A DNA stretch of 64,000 nt from the NCBI GenBank assembly GCA_001788295.1, contig MGBO01000007.1, positions 14,263 through 78,262 on the forward strand. The letters run 5' to 3'. Below, one piece after another: positions 28,649 to 39,236 of this stretch. Position numbers and translations under genes: made by a program. Below the pieces are notes generated by a model, which was given only the letters and a program-made list of their open reading frames with translations, did no database searches and was not told the origin of the DNA. Numbering within the stretch: the first letter of the stretch is position 1; each line of letters opens with the position of its first letter. This DNA comes from Candidatus Roizmanbacteria bacterium RIFOXYC1_FULL_41_16 (GTDB lineage: Bacteria > Patescibacteriota > Microgenomatia > UBA1406).

Positions 28649-29998
28649 TTAAGCGAGTATACCAAAAAGACTAAAAATAATAATTAACAATATGGCCGCC
28701 AAGAATTTAAACGCAAATTCTCGTTTTCCAACAACAAAAACATAAATTGACTTACCTAGAAGATTAACTGCGTTTACCAAAACAATTGTCAATACTCCGG
28801 CTTGATAACTCAGCGTGGTTCCGGCTAAGGAAGAAAGAGTTAAAACCACGGCGTCAATGCCGGTTAGGGCGGCAATTGAAGCAGTCAGATAAAAGCCAAT
28901 TTCTCCAAAAACCACAAGACTGATTTTGGCGCTGGCACTAATAATCAGATAAATAAGAGCAAATTTTAGCGCTGCCTGGAGTGAGAAAATCGAAGCTTGA
29001 TGCCAACCGGTTTTGGTGTTGAGCTCTTTATTTTGAGAGTCTTTTTGGCGTAAATACCAAAAAACGGCTCCCAGCGAACTGAGAATGATAAGAACAATCA
29101 CTTTAAAACTTTTTAGCAACAAAACAGCATTGGTAGAGACAATCAGAATAAACAGTTGAAAAAAACTGGCCAGATTGGCCAAAATGGCTGAAGCCACCAA
29201 ACGATTTACAAGCCTGCTTTGTTGACTTTTTTGAGCCAAGGAAATAGTGGTGCTGGTTGAGGACACGAAGCCAGCGACAAAACTTGTCAGCAGCCAGCCT
29301 TTTTTTTGTCCAAAAACTTTACTCAAAGAATAACCAAACACCTCCACGCCGGTAATTAAAGCCACCAAAAACCACAGGCGATAGGGATTGAAAATCTCAA
29401 TCTGAACAATACTTGATAATCCTAAGTTAAGATTATCAACGATTAAAGACAGCCCCGGGATGTTGCTAAGCGAATAGTTTTGGTTGGGCAAAAAAGGCAG
29501 AATGACCAAAGCGATAATACTGTAGCTGATAAAAGCCGTTACTTCGGATTGATTAATGCCGGTGATCCACTGCCGGACAATGTCTTTTTGAGACAGAATT
29601 AAAATCAAAACCACAGTGATTGCCAAAATCAATTGAATGGGAAAAATATCAAGGGCGATAAAAATCCCAATCAGATAACTAAAAATAATGGCCATTTCAG
29701 TAGTAATGCCATTGTCTTTTAAGTAAAGGCTGCCGGTAACATAATAGGCAACTAGTAAAACCAAAAAAACAATATTAACCGTGATGAACAAATCAGGAAA
29801 ATCAGGGCGCAACAAACCAGAGAGCGTGCCAAGAGTGGTAATTAGTGCAAAAGTGCGGACTCCAAGCGAACCTTTGCGGTCGTGTGGCTGTTTATTATTT
29901 TGGCAATGCAGCTGGTCGTAGGATTCCCGTTCCAGGCCAATAGCGGCCCCAATGAGCAAGGATAAAAACAACTTAATCGGAACCGACAACAAGAGCAT
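28649..29998 (-). CDS. MgtC/SapB-family N-terminal domain fused to a polytopic membrane domain (DUF4010-like)
   Basis: LSLLIGAAIGLERE motif; hydrophobic throughout (449 aa). Confidence 0.7.
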   Translation of the reverse strand: MLLLSVPIKLFLSLLIGAAIGLERESYDQLHCQNNKQPHDRKGSLGVRTFALITTLGTLSGLLRPDFPDLFITVNIVFLVLLVAYYVTGSLYLKDNGITTEMAIIFSYLIGIFIALDIFPIQLILAITVVLILILSQKDIVRQWITGINQSEVTAFISYSIIALVILPFLPNQNYSLSNIPGLSLIVDNLNLGLSSIVQIEIFNPYRLWFLVALITGVEVFGYSLSKVFGQKKGWLLTSFVAGFVSSTSTTISLAQKSQQSRLVNRLVASAILANLASFFQLFILIVSTNAVLLLKSFKVIVLIILSSLGAVFWYLRQKDSQNKELNTKTGWHQASIFSLQAALKFALIYLIISASAKISLVVFGEIGFYLTASIAALTGIDAVVLTLSSLAGTTLSYQAGVLTIVLVNAVNLLGKSIYVFVVGKREFAFKFLAAILLIIIFSLFGILA

Positions 29999-30025
29999 TA
30001 TTCACAGTATAGCTCAAATTCTGGT

Positions 30026-30604
30026 TTATTGACAGTTCGCCAGGCAGGCTTGTTTGGCGTCACTCGGCAAGCTGTTACAGACATTGCAGATATTTTCTTT
30101 GAGCCCCTCAAGCATGGCGCTCAGATCGGTAAAAGTAATTTTATTAGGAGTCTTAAAAAACCCGGTTTGGGGTTTAAAATTCTGACACTTAAATTGATAT
30201 TTGTTTTTGTATTGTTGGTTCAGCTGTTGCAAATTCTGATTTTTTTGATAATCGGCATTGTTTTTCTTAGCCAGATTTTGCATTTGTTTGATATTCATTT
30301 TAGTGCCTTGCTTGCTGTTGCTGTTCCACATATAAAGATTTTTGCCGTCGCTCAGCGTGTAGGTTTTAATCTTCAATTTATTTACCACCGATTCAAACTC
30401 GCTTCGGTATTTTTGATTAGAAGTGTACATTACCCCTTTAATTGTTTGTTTGCCCATTTTGTAACTATAAGTGCATTTAAGCGACTGTTTTTTCTTAAGC
30501 AAATCTGAAATGGTGCCGCTGATACTTTTGGCCGAAACACTGGTAAAAGAAAACGAGAATAAAGTTACCAAAGTTAAAACCGAAAAAAGAAGTTTTTTCA
30601 TCAA
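30026..30604 (-). CDS. secreted hypothetical protein
   Basis: Signal peptide MMKKLLFSVLTLVTLFSFSFTSVSA and a Cys-rich C-terminus (CNVCNSLPSDAKQACLANCQ). Confidence 0.55.
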   Translation of the reverse strand: MMKKLLFSVLTLVTLFSFSFTSVSAKSISGTISDLLKKKQSLKCTYSYKMGKQTIKGVMYTSNQKYRSEFESVVNKLKIKTYTLSDGKNLYMWNSNSKQGTKMNIKQMQNLAKKNNADYQKNQNLQQLNQQYKNKYQFKCQNFKPQTGFFKTPNKITFTDLSAMLEGLKENICNVCNSLPSDAKQACLANCQ

Positions 30605-30643
30605 AATTGGGTTAAATTAATAACTACGCTTATTATACTAAAT

Positions 30644-32419
30644 TCAATATTCCGGATAGGCCGTTTCCCCCAAAAATTGCGACGGCAGATTGTACTGGGC
30701 CCGACCGTACAGATAGCGACGGTTGGTGTAGGTGAGAAACAACTTCTCTTTGGCGCGGGTAATGCCCACATAAAACAGGCGCCGTTCCTCTTCCAATTCG
30801 GTGATTGATTCAATTGAACGGGAATGAGGCAAGATTCCTTCCTCGACTCCCACAATAAAAACGACCCCAAATTCCAGGCCTTTAGCGGCATGAAGAGTCA
30901 TTAAATGAATTTTTTCACCTTGGCCGTCTTTAAACTCATATCCGGCCTCAATCAGCGCGACCGTGTCAAGCAATTTTTCCAGCGTGTCATAATTGTAGCT
31001 GACATTAATAAGCTCCTGAATGTTTTCCATTCTGGTGGCGTCCTCCGGATCATTTTGTGAATAAAGATGCAAATAGGGCGAATCTTTTAAAATAGCCTGA
31101 ATGATTTGTTCCGGTTTATTTTGCGCGCTCTGTTTGGCAATGGTTTGCAAAATCAGTTGGCCTCTTTTTTTGCCAAGTTTCATAATCCTTTTTAGAGCCA
31201 CCTGATCTTTGGGATTGTGCAGATAACGCAAAAACGCCAAAATATCCTTAATTTCCCTGCGTTCGTAAAAGCGAACCCCGCCATAAATCCGGTAAGGCAA
31301 TCCCTGGGCCAGGCAGATTTCTTCAAAAAGACGCGATTGAGCGTTGGTTCGGTACAGAACGGCAAAGTCTTCCAAAGAATAATCGCCGCTAAAATTCAAT
31401 TCCTGAATTTTATTAACCACAAACGTGGCTTCTTTCTCGGCGTTTTCCAAAGGGACAATTTTAATTTCTTCTCCGCCTTTTTTTTCAGTCCAGAGTTTTA
31501 AGATCGGGTGAGTGGTGTTTTGGGAAATGACGTTGTAGGCAAAATCAAGGATTGGTTGGGTACTGCGGTAATTCTGTTCGAGATTAAAAACTTTGGCATT
31601 TTGAAAATCCTTTTGAAATTTCTCCAGATTGGTAAAGTCGGCTCCACGCCAAGAGTAAATACTTTGGGAAAAGTCTCCTACAATTGTGATTCGATGATGT
31701 TTTTGTGCTAATAATTTGGCCATTAAATATTGGCAATGATTGGTGTCCTGGTATTCATCGATCAACAGATATTGATATTGGTTTTGCAGTTTGGCCAAAA
31801 CCGAAGGCTCCTGTTCTAGCAAATAAACCATTTCGTTCAAGAGGTCATCAAAGTCAAGGGCGTTGTTGTTTCGCAATTCTTTTTGGTATCGCCGGTATAC
31901 GTCCACAATCACCTCGTCATAAACATTCAGAGCTTGTTCTTCTAAATCCTTTGGAGTCAACAGTTGATTTTTAGCCAGGCCAATGCGATAGAGCAAGCTG
32001 TTAACCGTGACTTTGGTTTTGAGATCAGAATCTTTAATGATCTGTTTGAGCAGATCCTTCTGGTCGTTGTCGTCAAAAATTACAAACTGGCGCTGATGGG
32101 TTTTGGCTAAACCAAAACGGCGTAAAACCAAAACGGCAAAAGAATGGAAAGTGGTGGCTGTAATCAGTTCTGGGTTAAGGCGCGGATCAATGTATTTTTT
32201 GATCCGCAATTTCATCTCGTCGGCGGCCTTATTGGTAAAAGTGAGCATTAACAAAGCTCTGGGATCAATTTTGACCTCAGACAACAAATAGGCGGCTTTA
32301 TAGCCCAAAACACGAGTTTTGCCCGAGCCGGCCCCAGCCAAAATAATCGACGGCTGATCAACAAACATCACGGCCTGTTGTTGCGGTTGATTCAGCTTTT
32401 GCAAAAAGGAGACACTCAT
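30644..32419 (-). CDS. UvrD/PcrA/Rep-family SF1 DNA helicase (compact, 591 aa)
   Basis: Walker A AGAGSGKTRV, LLIDEYQDTN, NYRST, TLHAAKGLEF, YVGITRA. Confidence 0.9.
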   Translation of the reverse strand: MSVSFLQKLNQPQQQAVMFVDQPSIILAGAGSGKTRVLGYKAAYLLSEVKIDPRALLMLTFTNKAADEMKLRIKKYIDPRLNPELITATTFHSFAVLVLRRFGLAKTHQRQFVIFDDNDQKDLLKQIIKDSDLKTKVTVNSLLYRIGLAKNQLLTPKDLEEQALNVYDEVIVDVYRRYQKELRNNNALDFDDLLNEMVYLLEQEPSVLAKLQNQYQYLLIDEYQDTNHCQYLMAKLLAQKHHRITIVGDFSQSIYSWRGADFTNLEKFQKDFQNAKVFNLEQNYRSTQPILDFAYNVISQNTTHPILKLWTEKKGGEEIKIVPLENAEKEATFVVNKIQELNFSGDYSLEDFAVLYRTNAQSRLFEEICLAQGLPYRIYGGVRFYERREIKDILAFLRYLHNPKDQVALKRIMKLGKKRGQLILQTIAKQSAQNKPEQIIQAILKDSPYLHLYSQNDPEDATRMENIQELINVSYNYDTLEKLLDTVALIEAGYEFKDGQGEKIHLMTLHAAKGLEFGVVFIVGVEEGILPHSRSIESITELEEERRLFYVGITRAKEKLFLTYTNRRYLYGRAQYNLPSQFLGETAYPEY

Positions 32420-32440
32420 GGCTATAATATATCAAACCAG

Positions 32441-33094
32441 ATGAAAATCGCTGTTGCCAATTTGAAAGCCGAATTTAACGAGATTGAAATCAAGGTGTGG
32501 TCTCAGGCTTTTAATAAAGAGTATTCTCAAAGCTCGACCGCGGACAAAAAAGTGATTGTTGCCCCGCCGGCAATTTTTCTGGAGCTGATCAAATCCAGTC
32601 AGGAACAAGCTCGGGTTGATTATGAAATTGCCGCCCAGGATATTTCTCAATTTGAAAAAGGCACTTATACCGGAGAAATTACGGCCCCAATGATTACGGC
32701 CTTTGCCCGTTATGTCATTATTGGTCATTCAGAACAACGGCGCATCAGTCGGGAGAATCAGGCCGTAATCCAGCAAAAAATTGATCTGGCCAACCAATAC
32801 AATCTGCAGGTCATTTTGTGTGTTGAAAAACCAGAGTCTTATCAGGGCCGGATTTTTGCCGTCGCTTACGAGCCGAAAGCGGCAATTAGTACCGGGGCCG
32901 CCGCTGACCCTACTTCTAGTTGGGAAACAATGGCCTCAATTGCCAAACTGATTCAAGCAGAACATTATCTTTATGGTGGCAGTGTCAATTCAGGCAATGT
33001 TGCTGCCTTTATTGCCGCTGGTTTTAGCGGCGTGCTGGTTGGCAAAAAGTCACTGGATCCGTCAGAGTTCTTGGCGATTGTTGCCAATCTTTAG
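32441..33094 (+). CDS. tpiA: triosephosphate isomerase
   Basis: IIGHSEQRR, AVAYEPKAAISTG, YGGSV. The ORF is open from 32378, but the ATG at 32441 (MKIAVANLKA) avoids overlapping the helicase start. Confidence 0.85.
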   Translation: MKIAVANLKAEFNEIEIKVWSQAFNKEYSQSSTADKKVIVAPPAIFLELIKSSQEQARVDYEIAAQDISQFEKGTYTGEITAPMITAFARYVIIGHSEQRRISRENQAVIQQKIDLANQYNLQVILCVEKPESYQGRIFAVAYEPKAAISTGAAADPTSSWETMASIAKLIQAEHYLYGGSVNSGNVAAFIAAGFSGVLVGKKSLDPSEFLAIVANL

Positions 33095-34252
33095 TTTATT
33101 CAGATCCAGAGGCGTTTTTTCAAAAGCTTTATTAAAAACCGGCTTTTGGTATTTAAAATAAGTCCTTACCTCGTAGATTCCGGAGGCAATCACCAAGAGC
33201 AATATCAAAATCACGGCTTTGGGGAATCTTTTAAATAATGTTTTTAAAGCCAATGTGATTAAGAAAACCAAACCAACTGTGACAGTGTATGTTCTTAAAA
33301 AGTGCGGATTATCAGTGGGCAGAGTCAACAAACTGGGAACTATTGACAGAATGATCCAAAGATAAAAAAACCAATATTTTGTCCGATTTTTCAAGCTGAG
33401 TGCAAGACCGATCCAAAACAGCACGCCCATAGCTGGATTCAGGCCGGGTTTGCCCGGATAATTGTGCCGACCATTAAGGTCGCCATAAAAATTCAACATC
33501 AAAATATTTTTAACAATGTTTTCCCAAAAATAGCCCAGTTTGGTTATCAGGGGCAAATCTTGATTTAAATAAAGCAGTTCTTGAACACGGTTTTCAGTGC
33601 CGCCAGTTACTAATACTAGGGGCAAAGCGAAAACAGAAAACAAAATAAGATAAGTCAGCCAGTATTTAGTTTTTACTTTATTGATAATCATGATTGCTGT
33701 TGGCAATAAAAAGAAAAGCCGGCCGGGGAGATAAGAATAAAAACTGGCGAGAGTCGCCACCAGTAATAATCCAAGATTAAGAATTTTTTTGTTTTTAAGA
33801 TACGACAAAAGATTAATCACGCCAAACAGTTCCCAAAACAAAAGGTAAGTCGCCTCAAAGCCAAAACGACTGAAATTAAAAACCCAGTGGGAAAAGCCAA
33901 AAATAAGGGCTCCTAGCGCCGCTAGCCAGTCGGAAAAAAAGCGACGAAAAAGATAATAAACCAGCACACAGTTAGCCACCCCAAACAAAGCCGCCGGCAA
34001 TCGTAACGCCCCAATATTCAAACCAAAAGTTTTAAAAGACAATAACAACAGATAAAAATAAGGCGTGGCGTGGCCGGTGGCTTGTTTAGAGAATATTTGC
34101 CACTTGCCCTCCAGGTCAAGCGCCAGTTTGGCAAATTCCAGCTCGTCAAAAGCCATTTTTTGAGGAATAAGCGGAAACTGCCAAAATACCACCAGAGACG
34201 AAAACAACAGAATCATTAATGGGATTAAGCGCTTTCTGTTAAAATATAACAT
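33062..34252 (-). CDS. GT-C fold membrane glycosyltransferase (PMT/ArnT-like)
   Basis: Polytopic membrane protein. The N-terminal loop contains DELEF, an acidic motif typical of GT39/GT83-like enzymes. Confidence 0.55.
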   Translation of the reverse strand: MLYFNRKRLIPLMILLFSSLVVFWQFPLIPQKMAFDELEFAKLALDLEGKWQIFSKQATGHATPYFYLLLLSFKTFGLNIGALRLPAALFGVANCVLVYYLFRRFFSDWLAALGALIFGFSHWVFNFSRFGFEATYLLFWELFGVINLLSYLKNKKILNLGLLLVATLASFYSYLPGRLFFLLPTAIMIINKVKTKYWLTYLILFSVFALPLVLVTGGTENRVQELLYLNQDLPLITKLGYFWENIVKNILMLNFYGDLNGRHNYPGKPGLNPAMGVLFWIGLALSLKNRTKYWFFYLWIILSIVPSLLTLPTDNPHFLRTYTVTVGLVFLITLALKTLFKRFPKAVILILLLVIASGIYEVRTYFKYQKPVFNKAFEKTPLDLNKLKIGNNRQEL

Positions 34253-35134
34253 ATGCAGTTATCTGTGCTTGTAATTTCTTATAATACCAAAAAAATCACT
34301 CTGCAGGCACTGCGGTCAATTGTCACCAGTCTGAAAAACAGTGACTTAACTTATGAAATATTAGTCTTGGATAATCATTCTCAAGACGGTTCCGTTCAAG
34401 CGATCAAAAAATTAAAGATAAAAACACTCAGATTATTTGAATCGTTAGAGAATCTGGGTTTTGGCAAGGGCAACAATTATTTAGCCAAAAAAGCCCACGG
34501 TCAGCACCTGTTATTATTGAATTCAGACATTGAGGTTATAGACAAAGCCATTGATAAGCTGTTTTCTTTTTACATTAAGCAGCGCCGGTTTGCTTTTGTG
34601 GGAGGGAAATTGCTTAATACCGATCTTTCTCCCCAAGCCTCCTGCGGACCGCTTTACAGTCCGTTAGTAGTCTTGGCCGCTCTTTTTTGCCGCGGTGATT
34701 ATTGGGGTCTGACGCGCTATAGCCCGTCAGCAGTCAGGCCGGTCGGCTGGGTTTCCGGCGCCTGTATTTTGACTGCCAAAGCCGATTATGAAAAAGTCAA
34801 TGGTTTTGACGAAAACATTTTTATGTATATGGAAGAAATTGATCTGTTCAAAAGAGCCCAAAAAATAGGACTAAAAGTCGGTTATTTTCCCAACGCAAAA
34901 TTTATTCATCATGGTTTTGCCTCCAGCAAAGGCAAATCAAGGCCGGTGATCAATGTTTTTAAGGGAATTGTTTACTATTACCGCCAGCATTATGGCTGGT
35001 TCAGTCGTTTGTTTATTTGGCTACTGTTGAAAACTAAGGCCTTACTCGGTTATACTTTAGGGGTAGTTACTAATAATCATTATTTAAAACAAACTTACTA
35101 TGAAGCTTATAAAATCACTGGTCGAGAGATTTAA
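34253..35134 (+). CDS. family 2 glycosyltransferase
   Basis: LSVLVISYNT, VLDNHSQDGS, LNSDIEV, YMEEIDL. Confidence 0.85.
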   Translation: MQLSVLVISYNTKKITLQALRSIVTSLKNSDLTYEILVLDNHSQDGSVQAIKKLKIKTLRLFESLENLGFGKGNNYLAKKAHGQHLLLLNSDIEVIDKAIDKLFSFYIKQRRFAFVGGKLLNTDLSPQASCGPLYSPLVVLAALFCRGDYWGLTRYSPSAVRPVGWVSGACILTAKADYEKVNGFDENIFMYMEEIDLFKRAQKIGLKVGYFPNAKFIHHGFASSKGKSRPVINVFKGIVYYYRQHYGWFSRLFIWLLLKTKALLGYTLGVVTNNHYLKQTYYEAYKITGREI

Positions 35135-36629
35135 AAAAAACCCCTTAAATCTGCTTCAGATTCTGGTTTTGGGATATATTTACCTAATTCCAATCTGGCC
35201 CAAATTACCGTTTAAAAACATCAACTACACTTATATTGCCGTGCGTTACGAAGATCTATACGTCGCTTTGCTGGTGGCGGTTTTTATTCTGGGCTTGTTA
35301 TTTCGTAAGATCAAATTGCATAACAGCCCGTTTCTAAAACTGATTCCTTTTTACTGGCTGGTGGTTATTATTTCGGCCTTGGTTGGTTTTTATGTTTTTC
35401 ATTCGACCGCAACATTACAGCTGAGCCTGCTTCATGCTTTTCGCCGGGTGGAGTATATGATTGTTTTCTTTGTGGCGGCCTCATCTGTTTCTAACATCAA
35501 GCAGCTTAAATTTTATTTCAACCATTTGATGATGGTATTGTTTTTGGTAAGCGTGTACGGTATTGGGCAAAAATTTTTGGGTTGGCCGGCGATTCAGACA
35601 ATGAACCCTCATTACAGCAAGGGTTATCTTTTGACGCTGGACGCCAATGCCCGAATTTCGTCCACTTTTGGCGGTCATTATGATTTGGCGGCTTTCTTGG
35701 TCTATTTGATGCCGCTTTCTTTGGGGCTCTTTTTGGTGGAAAGAAGGATGCGCTATTTTCTGGTTTTTGTAACAGCACTGATCGCGCTTATTTTGACAGC
35801 GTCGCGTGCTTCCTATGTGGCTTATTTAATGACGGCGCCGATTTTTTTACTGACTCAAAAACGATTTCGCTTAATGGTTTTGATAATTGCTTTGACTGTG
35901 GTTTTGACGCCGTTGTCCAACAATCTAACCAAACGGATCAACCGGACGTTCCGGCAAGATTTGGTTTGGGTTAGCAAAGATACCGGACAGGCGATTGTGC
36001 CCAGAAAAATTACGGCCGATGATCTGCCTGCCGGCGACTATGTGATCAAAAAAACATCGGGGACAGAGGTTCAGGATCAGACTCCAGAACAGGTTCAATT
36101 GGTCAAAGCCGAGATCAGGGAGAATATTCTGGAAGAAGCCAGGCAAAGCGGCAAAGAACTGACTCAAAGCGAATTGAATCAGTTGGTCGATAGCACTTTT
36201 GCCAATTTTGCGCCGGTCAGTTCGGTGTTGCCCGATATTTCTTTTGCCACCCGCTTGCAGGTCGAGTGGCCGCGGGCAATTAAAGCCTTTTTGAAAAATC
36301 CGCTTATTGGTTCCGGAACCGGTTCGATCACCGAGGCGACTGATAACGATTATTTGCGCTCTCTTGGTGAAACCGGCTTACTGGGTTTTGGAATGTTGAT
36401 GTTAATTCTGTTTAAGCTTCAATTTTTTCTTTTCCGTAAGGGTCGGGAATTTAAAAATCGCTTGCAGCCGATGTTTTGGGGCCTGATGTTTGGTGGGCTG
36501 GCCTTGATGATCAATGCTTTATACATTGATGTTTTTGAAGCGTCCAAAGTGGCGCTGATGATTTGGTTAACTTGGGGTTTGATTTATAGCATTGAATTTT
36601 TCAGTCAAGATGAAGTCAGCCGGTGGTAA
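35100..36629 (+). CDS. O-antigen ligase/polymerase-like (Wzy_C-type) membrane protein
   Basis: Polytopic, with LTASRASYVAYLM and a large extracytoplasmic loop. Confidence 0.6.
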   Translation: MKLIKSLVERFKKNPLNLLQILVLGYIYLIPIWPKLPFKNINYTYIAVRYEDLYVALLVAVFILGLLFRKIKLHNSPFLKLIPFYWLVVIISALVGFYVFHSTATLQLSLLHAFRRVEYMIVFFVAASSVSNIKQLKFYFNHLMMVLFLVSVYGIGQKFLGWPAIQTMNPHYSKGYLLTLDANARISSTFGGHYDLAAFLVYLMPLSLGLFLVERRMRYFLVFVTALIALILTASRASYVAYLMTAPIFLLTQKRFRLMVLIIALTVVLTPLSNNLTKRINRTFRQDLVWVSKDTGQAIVPRKITADDLPAGDYVIKKTSGTEVQDQTPEQVQLVKAEIRENILEEARQSGKELTQSELNQLVDSTFANFAPVSSVLPDISFATRLQVEWPRAIKAFLKNPLIGSGTGSITEATDNDYLRSLGETGLLGFGMLMLILFKLQFFLFRKGREFKNRLQPMFWGLMFGGLALMINALYIDVFEASKVALMIWLTWGLIYSIEFFSQDEVSRW

Positions 36630-38046
36630 ATTAAAATTCTTTCTCCTGTGCCTAGTGTTATTAATGGCGATTGGAGTCAGGCTTTACAAAATTAATAATT
36701 CGCTCACCGAATGGTTTTCCTGGCGCCAATCAGATACCGCGGCAGTCGGCCGGTTTTTGCAACAAAACAATTTCAATTTACTCAAACCTCAATATTACGA
36801 CCTGTCAAATATTCAGTCGGCAGTTGACAATCCTGGGGGGTGGCGAATGGTTGAGTTTCCGATTTACAACGCTATGTTTGCCGGGCTCAACAGCACTTTT
36901 CCCGCCATTTCTCTGGAAATGTGGGCCAGAATAGTCACAATCGCTTTTTCTTTACTGATTATTGTCTGTTTGTTTTTTATTTTAGAATCTGAATTTGGTT
37001 TGGCTGAGGCTTTTTTTGGGTCGTTGTTTTTTGCCGTCAATCCTTTTATTGTTTTTTATTCGCGCACAATTCTACCCGATATGCCCGCGACGGCAATGGC
37101 TTTCTTAGCAATATATTTTCTGTACCGATATTTAAAAGGTGATTGGTTTGTGTTATTGTTGGCTAGCCTCTCAATGGCGACAGCGCTTTTAATGAAGCCA
37201 ACGGTGATTTTCTTTATTGTGCCGGCACTGTATTTACTTTGGATCAAAGCACATTCGTCAGCCAATAAAATAATCACCATTGTCGTTTTTATGCTGTTTT
37301 CTATATTGCCGCTGGTTTGGTGGCGCCATTATATTCAGCAGTTTCCAGAGGGCATTCCTTACAGCCAATGGTTATTGACTTCGGTTAATACTTCCACCGG
37401 TTTGCAGTCGATCTTTTTCCGGCCGGCCTTTTTCCGTTGGATTTTTTTTGAAAGAATCAGTCAATTGATTATGGGCGGTTACTTAGTTTTTTTCCTGTTA
37501 TTTGGTTTGTTTATTGAGACCAAAAAAAATCTAAAACTGCATTTTTGGCTGTTTCTGGCCGCACTGCTTTATTTGTTTACTTTTCAGGGTGGTAATGTTC
37601 AGCACGAATATTATCAGATCTTGATTATGCCGGCCTTAGCCATGCTGGTAGGAGTAGGAGTGGGCAATTATTTTAGGCAAAAAAAAGCCGGTTACCTGGT
37701 GTTACGGGTCTTAATTACTCTGGCCATTTTTACCAGCGCCACTTTGTTTACTTTTTATCAGGTTAGGGGCAAGTATGACGAACAACCTAATTTAATGCTG
37801 ATTGCCGATGTCTTGCATTCACTAACTAATAAGAATGATTTAATTGTGTCAGACAGTCAGGGCGATACGACGCTTCTATATTTGAGTGATCGTCGAGGTT
37901 ATCCGGCTCCTTATCGAGAACTGCCAATTCTCAAAGATCAGGGAGCGGATTATTTTGTCACGCAAAACTTGGACTACAAAGAAAAACTGGCTGGTCAATA
38001 TTCACTGGTGTTTGAAAACGACCAAGTTTTGATTTTCAAACTATGA
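36610..38046 (+). CDS. GT-C fold membrane glycosyltransferase (ArnT/PMT_2-like)
   Basis: Polytopic. ATG at 36610 (the ORF opens at 36592 with TTG). Overlaps the upstream stop. Confidence 0.55.
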   Translation: MKSAGGKLKFFLLCLVLLMAIGVRLYKINNSLTEWFSWRQSDTAAVGRFLQQNNFNLLKPQYYDLSNIQSAVDNPGGWRMVEFPIYNAMFAGLNSTFPAISLEMWARIVTIAFSLLIIVCLFFILESEFGLAEAFFGSLFFAVNPFIVFYSRTILPDMPATAMAFLAIYFLYRYLKGDWFVLLLASLSMATALLMKPTVIFFIVPALYLLWIKAHSSANKIITIVVFMLFSILPLVWWRHYIQQFPEGIPYSQWLLTSVNTSTGLQSIFFRPAFFRWIFFERISQLIMGGYLVFFLLFGLFIETKKNLKLHFWLFLAALLYLFTFQGGNVQHEYYQILIMPALAMLVGVGVGNYFRQKKAGYLVLRVLITLAIFTSATLFTFYQVRGKYDEQPNLMLIADVLHSLTNKNDLIVSDSQGDTTLLYLSDRRGYPAPYRELPILKDQGADYFVTQNLDYKEKLAGQYSLVFENDQVLIFKL

Positions 38047-39236
38047 AGATTTTAATGCTGACGCCCTACCTGCCTTATCCGCCTTCTTCCGGCGGCCAGG
38101 TGAGAACCTACAACTTACTCAAATATTTGAGCCGAAATCACAAAATAACCCTGATTTCGCTTTACAAGTTTGAGCAAGAAAAAAAATATCTCAAACCGCT
38201 TCAAAAATTTTGTGAAGAAATCCATCTTTGCAAACGAGCCGAAAAACCCTGGCAAATAAGAATTGTCTTGAGCGCGGTTTTTTCCAACCGGCCTTTTTTA
38301 ATCGTCCGAAACTATTCCAGCGAAGCTTATGAGATTCTAAAAAAACTGTTGGCGACTAATCATTACGACGTTATTCACGCCGAGACTTTTTACATTATGC
38401 CTCATTTGCCCAATACCCAAGTGCCGATTGTTCTGGTTGAACAAACAATTGAGTACAAGGTTTATCAGCATTTCGTCCATTCTTTGCCTTTTTTTGTCCG
38501 GCCGTTTTTTTACCTGGATATTATGAAACTGATTCGCTGGGAAAGGCACTTTTGGCGAAAAGCCAATTTGGTGGCAACCGTGTCCGAATCCGATCGGCAG
38601 GAGATCAAAAAACTGGAGCCCAAGATCAATCCGGCCATTATTCCTAATGGGGCTGGTGACGAAATGCTCACTCTCAAATTAAAAAATAAAGACCTCACAC
38701 AGCCCAAATTATTGTTTATGGGCAACTTTTTTTGGTTGCAAAATGTCGAGGCGGCTCACTATTTAATCAATTCGATTTACCCGCTCTTAATCAACCGATT
38801 AAAACATTTCAAATTAATTATTGCCGGCCAAAACGCCAATAATAAATTAGGAATAATCAAGAAAAAAAATCTCGACGTCATTGACGTCAAAACCGATGAC
38901 ATTGCTATTGTCAAAAAACTTTATCAGGATGCCACGCTTTTTGTCTCTCCTATTTATGGACCCGGTGGCACCAGGCTGAAAATTTTAGCCGCTATGGCGA
39001 GCGGCTTGCCGATTATTTCCTCAGCCACCGGAATTCAGGGTTTGGATTTGCAGGCCGGTCGCGATGTTTTGCTGGCCGATTCGGTCGAGGCGTTTATGAG
39101 TCAGGTCGAAGCGATTCTAAAAGACAAAAAGCGTTTCCAGCAGATCCAAAAAAATGCTTATTCTTTGGTTCGGAAAAAATACAGTTGGCAGAAAATTGCC
39201 CAAAATCTGGAACGAGTTTATTACAAAATCAAATGA
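38043..39236 (+). CDS. GT4 (group 1) glycosyltransferase
   Basis: MKILMLTPYLPYPPSSGGQVR and the C-terminal GPGGTRLKILAAMASGLPIISS. ATGA overlap with the upstream gene. Confidence 0.85.
   Translation: MKILMLTPYLPYPPSSGGQVRTYNLLKYLSRNHKITLISLYKFEQEKKYLKPLQKFCEEIHLCKRAEKPWQIRIVLSAVFSNRPFLIVRNYSSEAYEILKKLLATNHYDVIHAETFYIMPHLPNTQVPIVLVEQTIEYKVYQHFVHSLPFFVRPFFYLDIMKLIRWERHFWRKANLVATVSESDRQEIKKLEPKINPAIIPNGAGDEMLTLKLKNKDLTQPKLLFMGNFFWLQNVEAAHYLINSIYPLLINRLKHFKLIIAGQNANNKLGIIKKKNLDVIDVKTDDIAIVKKLYQDATLFVSPIYGPGGTRLKILAAMASGLPIISSATGIQGLDLQAGRDVLLADSVEAFMSQVEAILKDKKRFQQIQKNAYSLVRKKYSWQKIAQNLERVYYKIK

Noticed and set aside
30601-30891. A 96-aa minus-strand ORF overlapping the 3' end of the helicase gene in another frame.
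   Set aside because: The helicase frame carries the conserved C-terminal motifs (YVGITRA). The alternative frame has none.
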